From contig OZ220691.1 in NCBI GenBank assembly GCA_965116475.1, positions 416,001 through 480,000 on the forward strand: a DNA stretch of 64,000 bases, written 5' to 3'. Under the pieces are notes generated by a model. That model saw only the letters and a list, made by a program, of their open reading frames with translations. It did not search any database and was not told the DNA's origin. The position numbers and the translations under genes are program-made. Shown piece after piece: positions 35,277 to 44,500 of the stretch. The first letter of the stretch is position 1. The number at the start of each line of letters is the position of its first letter. The stretch comes from Gemmatimonadota bacterium (lineage in GTDB: Bacteria; Gemmatimonadota; Gemmatimonadetes; Palauibacterales; Palauibacteraceae).

Positions 35277-36130
35277 CGGCGCGTCCGGCGCTGGCCGTGC
35301 TCGGGGCCGGCACGATGGGACACGGGATCGCCCAGGTCGCGGCGATGTCCGGCTACGAAACCCGTCTCTTCGACGCTATGCCCGAGGCGCTGGAGACGGC
35401 GCGCGAGCGCATCGAGGCCAACCTCCGCAAGGGGATCCAGCGCGGGAAGGTCACGCCCGAGGCGCGCGACCGCGCGCTCGACGGGTTGTCCTACAGCCGG
35501 TACCTGGGCGAAGCCGCCGACGGGGTCGGGCTCGCGATCGAAGCCGTGCCCGAGAAGCTCGATCTCAAGCAGAAGGTCCTCGCGCGGTGCGGGGAGGCGG
35601 CCGCCGACGGCGCCCTGCTCGCCACCAACACTTCTTCGCTCTCCATCACCGCCATCGCGGAGGGACTCCCGTCGCCCGGCCGCGTGATCGGGATGCACTT
35701 CTTCAACCCCGTCCACATCATGGCGCTCGTCGAGATCGTGCGCGGGGCGGAGACGTCCGACGACACGGTGGCGAGGGCGCGCGAAGTCGCCGAACGCTTC
35801 GGGAAGACGCCGATCATCATCGCCGACTCGCCCGGGTTCGCCTCCTCGCGGCTCGGACTCGCGCTCGGGCTGGAGGCGATCCGCATGCTCGAGGAAGGCG
35901 TGGCGAGCGCGGAGGACATCGACACCGCGATGATGCTCGGCTACCGGCACCCCATGGGACCCCTGAAACTGGGAGATCTCGTCGGACTCGACGTCCGGCT
36001 CGACATCGCCCGCTACCTGCACGGGGCGCTGGGATCGCCGGTGTTCGAGCCCCCCGCCCTGCTCGAGCGGATGGTGGCGGCGGGCCGCCTCGGCCGGAAG
36101 AGCGGACGGGGTTTCTACCGCTGGGACTGA
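35273..36130 (+). CDS. 3-hydroxyacyl-CoA dehydrogenase
   Basis: GAGTMGHGIA, EAVPE, NTSSL, GMHFFNP, HPMGPL, GRKSGRGFY. Confidence 0.93.
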   Translation: MTARPALAVLGAGTMGHGIAQVAAMSGYETRLFDAMPEALETARERIEANLRKGIQRGKVTPEARDRALDGLSYSRYLGEAADGVGLAIEAVPEKLDLKQKVLARCGEAAADGALLATNTSSLSITAIAEGLPSPGRVIGMHFFNPVHIMALVEIVRGAETSDDTVARAREVAERFGKTPIIIADSPGFASSRLGLALGLEAIRMLEEGVASAEDIDTAMMLGYRHPMGPLKLGDLVGLDVRLDIARYLHGALGSPVFEPPALLERMVAAGRLGRKSGRGFYRWD

Positions 36131-36152
36131 CGCCTGGAACGAGGAGACATTC

Positions 36153-37508
36153 GTGAGCAACGTACAGACCGCCCCGCAGACATCCTCGACGCCCGCCGCC
36201 GGCCCGGCGCCCGCGGCGGAATCCCGCGCGCGGACGCTGACCGCGGCGCAGAGCGACTATCTCTATCCGTGGGTCCGTCCCTACTACGGCGAGCCACTCG
36301 CGCTCGCCCGGGGCGAGGGCGTCTGGCTCACCGACGTGGACGGCGGCGAGTACCTGGACCTGTTCGCGGGCATCCTCACGACGTCGGTCGGCCACTGTAA
36401 CCCGGCGGTCGTGGAGGCGGCGCGCGCGCAGATGGAGCGGCTCGGGCACACCTCGGCCCTCTACGTGACCGAAGGCCAGATCGAGGGCGCGCGCGCGCTG
36501 GCGGAGATCGCGCCGGGCGCCCTCCGCACGACGTGTTTCACGAACAGCGGCACGGAAGCGGTGGAATCAGCGGTCGCCACGGCGCGGCTGTACACGGGGC
36601 GGCACGAGATCGTCGCGCTGCGGCTCTCCTATTCGGGACGGAGCACGCTCACGAGCCACATGACGGCGCAGGGCGCCTGGCGTCTGCCCGGCGGGGGCGT
36701 CGACGGCATCGTTCATGCCCGGTCGCCGTACCTCTACCGCTCACCGGTCGGCGCCGGCCCCGAGGCGACGGACTTTTTCATCGACGACCTCGTCGAGGTC
36801 ATCGAGACGACGACGGGCGGGAAGCCGGCCGCCTTCTTCGCAGAGACGATCCAGGGCGTGGCGGGCGTGATCGTGCCGCCTCCCGACTACTTCCGGCGGG
36901 CGGCGGAGGTGATCCGGAGCTACGGCGGCCTGTTCATCATCGACGAGGTGCAGGCCGGGTTCGGACGGACGGGAGACCGCTGGTTCGGGATCGAACACTG
37001 GGGCGTCGAGCCGGACATCATGGTGATGGCGAAGGGGATCGCGAACGGTTTCCCCGTGGGGGCAACCGTCACGCGGCCCGAGATCGCCGAGGCCTGGCAG
37101 GGGCCGTCGATCTCCACCTACGGGGGCAACTCGATCTCGATGGCGGCGATGCGCGCCACGCTGGGCGTGATGCAGAGCGAGAACGTGCCGGCCCGCGCCG
37201 CCGAGCGCGGCGCGCAGCTTCGCGCCGGACTCGAAGAGTTGAGGGGCGCGCACGACTGGATCGGCGAGGTGCGCGGCATGGGGTTGATGCAGGGCATCGA
37301 GATGGTCGAGGACCGCGACGGGAAGGCGCCGGACGGCGAGCGGGCCGGCGCGCTGCTCGAGGCGGCCCGCGAGGAGCGCCTGCTCATCGGACGCGGCGGG
37401 CTGAACGGGCACGTGATCCGGATCGGACCGTCGCTCCTCATCACGGAGGACGAGATGGCGGAGGGCATCCGCCGCCTCGCGGCCGCCTGCCGGCGGATCG
37501 ACGGCTGA
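36153..37508 (+). CDS. Class III PLP aminotransferase
   Basis: NSGTEA, ETIQG, DEVQAGFGRTG, MAKG, STYGGN. Confidence 0.92.
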   Translation: MSNVQTAPQTSSTPAAGPAPAAESRARTLTAAQSDYLYPWVRPYYGEPLALARGEGVWLTDVDGGEYLDLFAGILTTSVGHCNPAVVEAARAQMERLGHTSALYVTEGQIEGARALAEIAPGALRTTCFTNSGTEAVESAVATARLYTGRHEIVALRLSYSGRSTLTSHMTAQGAWRLPGGGVDGIVHARSPYLYRSPVGAGPEATDFFIDDLVEVIETTTGGKPAAFFAETIQGVAGVIVPPPDYFRRAAEVIRSYGGLFIIDEVQAGFGRTGDRWFGIEHWGVEPDIMVMAKGIANGFPVGATVTRPEIAEAWQGPSISTYGGNSISMAAMRATLGVMQSENVPARAAERGAQLRAGLEELRGAHDWIGEVRGMGLMQGIEMVEDRDGKAPDGERAGALLEAAREERLLIGRGGLNGHVIRIGPSLLITEDEMAEGIRRLAAACRRIDG

Positions 37509-37539
37509 CCCAACGAACCGCGCGCCACGGCATCCGGGC

Positions 37540-38466
37540 GTGAGTCGGCTGGCCGGACGCGTGGCGATTGTGACGGGCGCCGGCCGCGGCATCGGCCGGG
37601 CCCACGCGCTCGCCCTGGCGGCCGGCGGGGCGAGCGTCGTCGTCAACGACCTCGGCACGGGCGTCGGCGGCGACGGCGCCGATGCCGGCCCCGCCGAATC
37701 CGTCTGCGCCAAGATCCGGGCCGGCGGCGGCCGGGCCGTGGCCAGCCGCCACGACGTCTCCGACTGGACCGCCGCCCACGACCTCATCGCCCTCGCGGTC
37801 GAATCGTTCGGCGGACTCGACATCCTGGTGAACAATGCCGGCATCCTCCGCGATCGGGCCCTGTTCAACATGTCCGAGGACGAGTGGGACGCGGTCGTCG
37901 ACGTCCACCTCAAGGGCCACGCCGCCCCCAGCCGTCACGCGCTCGCCTGGTGGCGGGCGGAGGCCAAGGCCGGCCGGCCCCGCGCCGCCTCCGTCATCCA
38001 CACAACCTCTTCCTCCGGACTGTGCGGCAACTTCGGCCAGGGGAACTACGGCGCCGCGAAGATGGGCATCATCGGCCTCTCGAAGGTGCTCTCCATCGAA
38101 GGCGCGCCGTACGGCGTCCGCTCGAACGTGATCTCGCCCTCGGCGCGGACGCGGATGGTGGCCGGGATGACTGGCGCCGATCAGCTGGGCGAGCCGGACG
38201 AGACCGGATACGACCCGTTCGGGCCGGAGCACGTCGCCGCTCTCGCGGCGTGGCTGGCCGAGGCCGACTGCCCGGCCCGCAACCAGATCTTCCATGTCTC
38301 CGGCCGGCGCATCCGCGTGCTGGAGGTACCCCGGATCGCCTTCGAGGCCCGCTCCGACCGCGACCTGACGCCTCCCGGGCTCGCCGAGGCTCTGAAGGGA
38401 AAACTGGTCACGCCGCTCGACGCGTTCGACCTCATCCTCGACCCCGAATCCCACCTGGCTCCTTGA
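37540..38466 (+). CDS. Short-chain dehydrogenase/reductase
   Basis: TGAGRGIG, NNAGILRD, NFGQGNYGAAK. Confidence 0.92.
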   Translation: MSRLAGRVAIVTGAGRGIGRAHALALAAGGASVVVNDLGTGVGGDGADAGPAESVCAKIRAGGGRAVASRHDVSDWTAAHDLIALAVESFGGLDILVNNAGILRDRALFNMSEDEWDAVVDVHLKGHAAPSRHALAWWRAEAKAGRPRAASVIHTTSSSGLCGNFGQGNYGAAKMGIIGLSKVLSIEGAPYGVRSNVISPSARTRMVAGMTGADQLGEPDETGYDPFGPEHVAALAAWLAEADCPARNQIFHVSGRRIRVLEVPRIAFEARSDRDLTPPGLAEALKGKLVTPLDAFDLILDPESHLAP

Positions 38467-38563
38467 CGATTCCGGGCGGACGATAAAGTATCCGGCCCGG
38501 GCGCGAGACGAACGTGCGCGTCGACAATCCGAACAGCCGCACCCACCTTCTACGGAAAGGGTC

Positions 38564-38788
38564 ATGACCATGTCGTGTGAAGCTCGCCTTGGAGAACTCG
38601 TCGCGGAACACCTCGATCTGGGCCGTGAGCCCCAGTGGGATGGCGGACTCGCGGATTCGGGCGTCTCCTCGCTCGACGCTGTCGCCTTCAAGAAGGTCGT
38701 CGAGCAGGAGTTCAGCGTCACGGTCCCCCCGGAGTGCTTTGACACGCTCCGCAAGCTGGCCGCGTACATCGACTCGCAGGCCGGCTGA
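38564..38788 (+). CDS. Free-standing acyl carrier protein (sup-cluster type)
   Basis: 74 aa, LADSGVSSLD phosphopantetheine-site-like motif, TLRKLAAYI C-terminal helix; GGAAAGG SD. Confidence 0.8.
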   Translation: MTMSCEARLGELVAEHLDLGREPQWDGGLADSGVSSLDAVAFKKVVEQEFSVTVPPECFDTLRKLAAYIDSQAG

Positions 38789-38850
38789 TCCCACCTCACC
38801 GGCTTTGACTGCGTCCCCCCGGGCCGACCGGTTCGGGGGGGCGGCATGAC

Positions 38851-39762
38851 ATGACTTCCGGCGCCGTTTGGGAAGTACCGGAACCGCTCTCGGTGGACGA
38901 TGTCCGGCACGACGACGGCAGCGTCACCAGAGTGCGGCGACATGGGCAGCCCGGCGGCCGCCGTCTGCTCGTGGGCCACGGCAACGGGCTCGCGGTCGAC
39001 CTGTACTATCCGTTCTGGTCGCGGTTCCTGGACGACTTCGACGTGTTCGTCTACGACCTGAGGAACCACGGGTGGAACGCCATCGGTCCGCGCGACGAGC
39101 ACAATGTCCCCAACATGATCCGGGACCAGGAGCAGGTCGTCGAGGCCGTCGCCGCCCGTCACGGTTCGGCGCCCACGATCGGCGTCTTCCACTCCCTGTC
39201 GGCGCTGACCGCGCTCCTCTCGGATTCGCTCGGGACCGGCCGCACGGGCGATCTCTCCGCCTGGATCCTCTTCGATCCGCCCCTCTACAAACCGAGGATG
39301 GGCGAGGCCGATTTCGACAAGTCGGCCGACCGGTCGGCGGAACTCGCGCGGCGCCGGACCGACCGGTTCCAGGAGGCGTCCGAGTTCGCGGAACTCCTCC
39401 ACCACCTCGTGCTGACGCGCGCCGTCCCGGGGGCCGCGGACCTGATGGCCAGCACCGTGCTCCGCCAATCCGCGGAAGGGGGCGTCGAGCTCCGGTGCCC
39501 ACGGGAATACGAGGCGCAGATCTTCGCGTACGCGCGCACCTACGCCTTCCTCGTGGACCTGGGGAACCTTCCGTGTCCGACCAAGGTGATCGGATCGGAC
39601 CCGACGCTTACGTTCTCGTACATGCCGTCGTTCAACCTCAGTCACATCAACACGGTCGACTACGACTTCATACCGGAATCCACCCATTTCCTCCAGGTGG
39701 AGCAACCCGCGGAGTGCGTCGACCTGATGTGCGAGTTTCTCGAGGGACACAACTTGCTCTAG
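38851..39762 (+). CDS. Alpha/beta hydrolase (sup-cluster type)
   Basis: HGNG oxyanion motif, YDLRNHG, GVFHSLSA elbow, LFDPP, THFLQVEQP. Confidence 0.85.
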   Translation: MTSGAVWEVPEPLSVDDVRHDDGSVTRVRRHGQPGGRRLLVGHGNGLAVDLYYPFWSRFLDDFDVFVYDLRNHGWNAIGPRDEHNVPNMIRDQEQVVEAVAARHGSAPTIGVFHSLSALTALLSDSLGTGRTGDLSAWILFDPPLYKPRMGEADFDKSADRSAELARRRTDRFQEASEFAELLHHLVLTRAVPGAADLMASTVLRQSAEGGVELRCPREYEAQIFAYARTYAFLVDLGNLPCPTKVIGSDPTLTFSYMPSFNLSHINTVDYDFIPESTHFLQVEQPAECVDLMCEFLEGHNLL

Positions 39763-39793
39763 GCCCCGGCGGGTCCTTCTCCCGGAACCGCCG

Positions 39794-41560
39794 CTACGCG
39801 CCCCTGCCCTGTGTGGGCGAGACGACGACCCGGACGGTGACGATGTCCGTGTCGTAGTACTGCCGGTGCTGAACCGACGAAGCGAGGTGTCGCAGGAGGC
39901 GCAGCGACACTTCGCTCTCCGCCGAGGTCTCCTTCACCTCTCCGCTGAGCAGCGCGAGCCGATCCTGAAGGTTCTCGTCCCGCGGCGCCACCACGAATTC
40001 GAGCGCCACGTCACCGGCGTCGCGCCGGGCGGCCATGAGGAGTCGGCGCCGGGAAGGGTCGCCTGCGGGTGTCTGCGGCCGCGTCAGCGAGAGCAGCGCC
40101 TCCTCGGCGGCGGCGTCCAGGCGGTCCGCAATCTCCGCGTCCAGGCCGGTCTTCGCGGCGAACGTCCCGAGGAATTCGCGGATCTGCGGCAGCGCGGACG
40201 GACTGAACTCCGTCTCGATGCGGGCCCGGCGGGGTTCGGTCAGGCGCAGGAAGAGGGTCAGCAGGATCGCCGTGAAACCGCCGGCGTTCATCCCGTTGGC
40301 CAGCAGTCCGCCGGCGAAGGCGGACACCCGGTCGGGGAGGACGAGCCCGTACTGGAAGCTGACGCCGGTGAGGAAGGCGAGGCCGACGACGATGCCGTTG
40401 CGAACGTCGAGCCCGCCCTGCAGAACGATCTTGAGGCCGATCGCGAACAGCATCGCGAGCAGGACGGCCAGGTATGCCGCGAAGACCGGATCCGGGATCG
40501 CGAGCACGACGGCGAAGGCCCTGGGAAGAAAGGCGAAGGCGATGAAGGCGGCGCCGGCCGCCAGTCCCACACCCTGCGCCGCCACCCCGGTGAGTTGCGT
40601 GAGCGGCACGCTGGTCGTGGTCGCGCTCCCCGGCACCGTGCCGGCGCACCCCGCCACGAGGTTGGCCACGCCGTCCACAGCCACCGCTCCCTGCACGGCC
40701 CGGAAATCCGTCGGGCGACCGGACCGCCGCCACGACACCCGCTGGACGGCGACGGCGCTGCTCATCGTCCGGATGGCCGCGATCACGGCCACGAGCAGGA
40801 ACGAGGGCAGGAGCGTCCAGAAGGCCGGCCCGAATTCGAGGTCGAAACCCGGCGGGCGCGGGCGCGGAAGCGCGATCCAGGCCGCGCTCGCGATCCGCTC
40901 CAGGTCGTAGAGGCCGTGGTACCCGGCGACCGCGGTCCCCACGGTCACGCCGATGACCGGAGCCCACAGGCGGAGCGCCCCGGTGCCGCGCAGGGCGATG
41001 CATCCGATCAGGAGCACGGTGACGCCGAAGCTGAGGGCGGCCCCCGGCGGCGTGCCGGCGGCGGATCCGGTCCCAAGCAGCCCGGATACGAAGGGGAGGA
41101 CGGTCACGGGAATCAGCATGATGACCGTGCCGGAAACGGAGGGCGTCAGGATCCGCTGGAGGAGGGACAGCCGCCAGGAGAGAAGAAGCGGGACGAACGC
41201 GGCGACGACGACGAGTGTGGCGAGAAGGGCCGGGCCGCCCTCGGTGAGCGCCATGATGCTCGCCGGGATGAAAGCACCGGAGGTGCCCATCAGGAGGACG
41301 TGTCCGGCCCCGAAGCGCCCCGCCCGGACGGCCTGCAGCATCGTCGCCAGGCCGCAGACCGTGACGGACGCCAGCACGGCCCACGACAGATACTCCTCGT
41401 CAACGGCGGCGGCGCGCATCACGACCAGCGGGATCAGCACGATCGCCGCGATGTTCAGCACGGCAAGCTGAAGTCCGACGCCGAGCGCCAGGGGCGTCGG
41501 GGGCTTCTCGTCGGGCTGGTAGCGGACGCCGGCCCGGCCGTCCGCCGCGGTGGCGTTCAA
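39794..41560 (-). CDS. NCS2 xanthine/uracil-permease-like transporter with C-terminal soluble (RsbW/HATPase-like) domain, sup-cluster permease
   Basis: Y..DEKP, GLQ, ATMLQ, TPSVSGTVIMLI motifs; many TMs; TTGA overlap with the PKS stop. Confidence 0.82.
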   Translation of the reverse strand: MNATAADGRAGVRYQPDEKPPTPLALGVGLQLAVLNIAAIVLIPLVVMRAAAVDEEYLSWAVLASVTVCGLATMLQAVRAGRFGAGHVLLMGTSGAFIPASIMALTEGGPALLATLVVVAAFVPLLLSWRLSLLQRILTPSVSGTVIMLIPVTVLPFVSGLLGTGSAAGTPPGAALSFGVTVLLIGCIALRGTGALRLWAPVIGVTVGTAVAGYHGLYDLERIASAAWIALPRPRPPGFDLEFGPAFWTLLPSFLLVAVIAAIRTMSSAVAVQRVSWRRSGRPTDFRAVQGAVAVDGVANLVAGCAGTVPGSATTTSVPLTQLTGVAAQGVGLAAGAAFIAFAFLPRAFAVVLAIPDPVFAAYLAVLLAMLFAIGLKIVLQGGLDVRNGIVVGLAFLTGVSFQYGLVLPDRVSAFAGGLLANGMNAGGFTAILLTLFLRLTEPRRARIETEFSPSALPQIREFLGTFAAKTGLDAEIADRLDAAAEEALLSLTRPQTPAGDPSRRRLLMAARRDAGDVALEFVVAPRDENLQDRLALLSGEVKETSAESEVSLRLLRHLASSVQHRQYYDTDIVTVRVVVSPTQGRGA

Positions 41561-44500
41561 GCCCTTGTCTCGATCCAGTGGCGTCTGCGCTGGAACGGAT
41601 AGCCGGGCAGCGCGATCCGGCGCCTCGTCTCACCCGCGAACAGCCCCGCGAAGGAGATGGGAAGCCCGGCCTCGTACGCCGTCGCCACCGCGGCCGCGAA
41701 CGGTTCCTCCGCGCGTCCATCGGAGTCCGGCCAGTCGCGAAGCGCCATCGGGCCCGCGGACGAAGCCGTGCCGATGTCCATGACGAGGTCCACACCGAGT
41801 TCCGCAAGCGCCGCGGATGTACGGTCCGGATCCTCCTGCGCGCGCGCCTGTTCGCGCCAGTACGCTCCGTCCGGCACGCCGGCGGGATCCATCCTGTGGC
41901 CCGTCACCAGGCTGACGAGGGCCACGGCGGGCGGGGAAAACTCCATCCCCTGCGCCGCGGCTTCCAGGTCGTCGAGCGGATCGTGCGCGGATTCGCCCGC
42001 CTCCCCGTCGGGCACGGCGGCCGCCAGGCGCTGTTTCGGTCGGGCCATGGCGGCGCCCCTCGCCGCGGCGAGCCGCAGCCCGTCCGCCAGGCTGAAGACA
42101 CCGGCCGCCCAGCCCGCCGCCAGCTCGCCGACGCCGTGGCCCGCCACCGCGCCGGGGCGGATGCCCACGCTTGCCCACAGCGCCGCGAGCGCGCAACCGA
42201 GAGCGTACGCGGCCGGCTGCGCCCACTCGGGGTCCCGCAACGTGCCCTGCCCTCCCGCGCGACCGTACAGCACCGCGAGGAGCGATGCACCGTCGCGTTC
42301 TTCCCGCAGCACCGCGTCGCAGCGATCGAGGATGGCACGGACGACCGGCTCCCGGTCGTACAGATCCTGGCTCGGTCCGTCCTGGACGCTCGCTTCGCCG
42401 GCGAAGACGAAGGCCACCTTCGGAGCGGTGCCCGGTCCGGCGTCGCGGCGCCACTCGTCGTCGACCGCCCGCTCGGCGAGAGCGCCAAGTTCATCACGCA
42501 GCGACGTCGCGTCCTGGAACGGGAGGCCCGCGCGGTGGGCCAGGTGAGTCCGGCCGACACCCGCCGTCCACGCCACGTCCGCGAGCACCGAGGGGTCGGT
42601 GCCCCCCTCTGCGCCCCCCTCCTCCACTGTCTCGCTGCCGTGGCCCTCCAGCCACTCGAGGTACAGCCGCGCCAGGTCGCGCAACGCCCCGGGCGATTTC
42701 GCCGAGAGAGGCAGGAGGCGAGTCTCCCGGGGAGCGACGGAAGCGGCGACCGGCGGCGATCCCTCCGACTCGGGCACGAGAACTGGAACCGTGACCGCCG
42801 GGCCCGCGGGCATCCGGGCGCCGTTCAGCATCGAAGCGCGGTCCGGCCCGTCGTTCCCCTCGACGACGACGTGCGCGTTCGTCCCCGAAATCCCGAACGA
42901 ACTCACCCCCGCCCGGGGAGGTCGGTCGCCGTTCGGTGGCCACGCCACAGCCTCGTCCGTAACCCGCACCGGGAGGTCCTCCCAGGCCAGGTGGGGGTTC
43001 GGCTTGCGGAAGTGCAGCTGCTTCGGGATCCGCCCCTCGTTCAGGGCGAGGACGGCCTTGATCAGGCTCGCGATCCCGGCCGCGCATTCGAGGTGGCCAA
43101 TGTTCGTCTTCACCGAACCGATGAGGAGCGGCCGCTCCTCGTCGCGTTCCCGGCCGTACACGGCCGCGGCCGCCTGCACCTCGATCGGGTCGCCGAGATC
43201 GGATCCCACTCCGTTCGCTTCGAGGTAGTCCACCGACGCCGGCGGGACGCCCGCCTGCGCGAGCGCCTTCTCGATCACGCGTTCCTGGGCCGGCCCGTTC
43301 GGGACCGTGAGCCCCGCGCTGGTCCCGTTTTGGTTGACGGCGGAGCCGCGGATCACGCCCCAGATCCGGTCGCCGTCGGCCTTCGCGTCGGCGAGCCGCT
43401 TGAGGACGACCATACCGCAGCCCTCTCCGCGCACGAACCCATCCGCCGCCGCATCGAAACTGTGGCAGCGTCCGCTCGCCGAGAGCAGCCCGACCTCCTT
43501 CATGAAGGTGGCCGTCTCGGGCCACAGGATCGCGTTGACGCCGCCGACGAGGGCCAGTTCCACTTCGCCCTGCCGGACCGCGGCGGCGGCCTGGTGGACG
43601 GCCACAAGCGAGGAAGCGCACGCCATGTCGAGCGGGACCGCGGGACCGGTGAGACCGAGCGCGAAGGAGATCCGGCCCGCCGTCACGCTCATCGTCGTCC
43701 CCAGGTATCCGTGTCCGTGGCCCATGGCCGCGGCGAGATCCCGGTAGTCTCCCGTGGTGACTCCGGCGTAGACCCCGGTGTTCGTGCCCTTGAGTGGCGC
43801 GGGATCCAGGCCCGCATCCTCCAGCGCGTGCCACGTGGTCTCGAGCAGGAGGCGCTGGCGGGGGTCCATCATGCGCGCCTCGATCGGAGTGATCCCGAAG
43901 AAGCGCGCGTCGAACTTGTCGATGTCCTCCAGAAAGGCGCCGCGGCGCGCATCGTCATCCTCCGAGGCGGGATCTCCGGCCACGCCGTTCCAGGGGCCCG
44001 CGTCCCGGCGCCCGTCCGTGACCGCATCCGTCCCGGCTTCGAGTTGGCGCCAGAAGGCGGCGAGGTCCGGCGCGCCGGGGAAGCGGCACGCCATGCCCAC
44101 GATCGCCACACCATCGTCCATCACGCCGACGTCCGGGTCACGCTCCGATATCTGAACCCGGCCCTCGGGCGCGGGCTCCAGCACGGGCTCCGTGGCCGGC
44201 GCCTCGCCCCCATCCCCGAGCTCCTCGGCGAGGTGCGTGGCGAGTTCCGCGATGTTGGGATAGTCGAACACGAGCGTGTTCGGCGCCGTGTACGTTCCGG
44301 AGAACGCTCGGTTCAGCCGGTTGCGCAACTCCACGGCCATCAGCGAGTCCATCCCGAGGTCGAAGAACCCCACGGTGGGGGCCGGTGCCGACGACAGGCG
44401 CAACACGGCCTGGACCTCCCCCTGCACGAACGACACCAGGAGGTCCTCGCGTTCCGCCGCCAGCGTCCCCCGAAGCCGGGTGAGGACATCCTCGGAGGAG

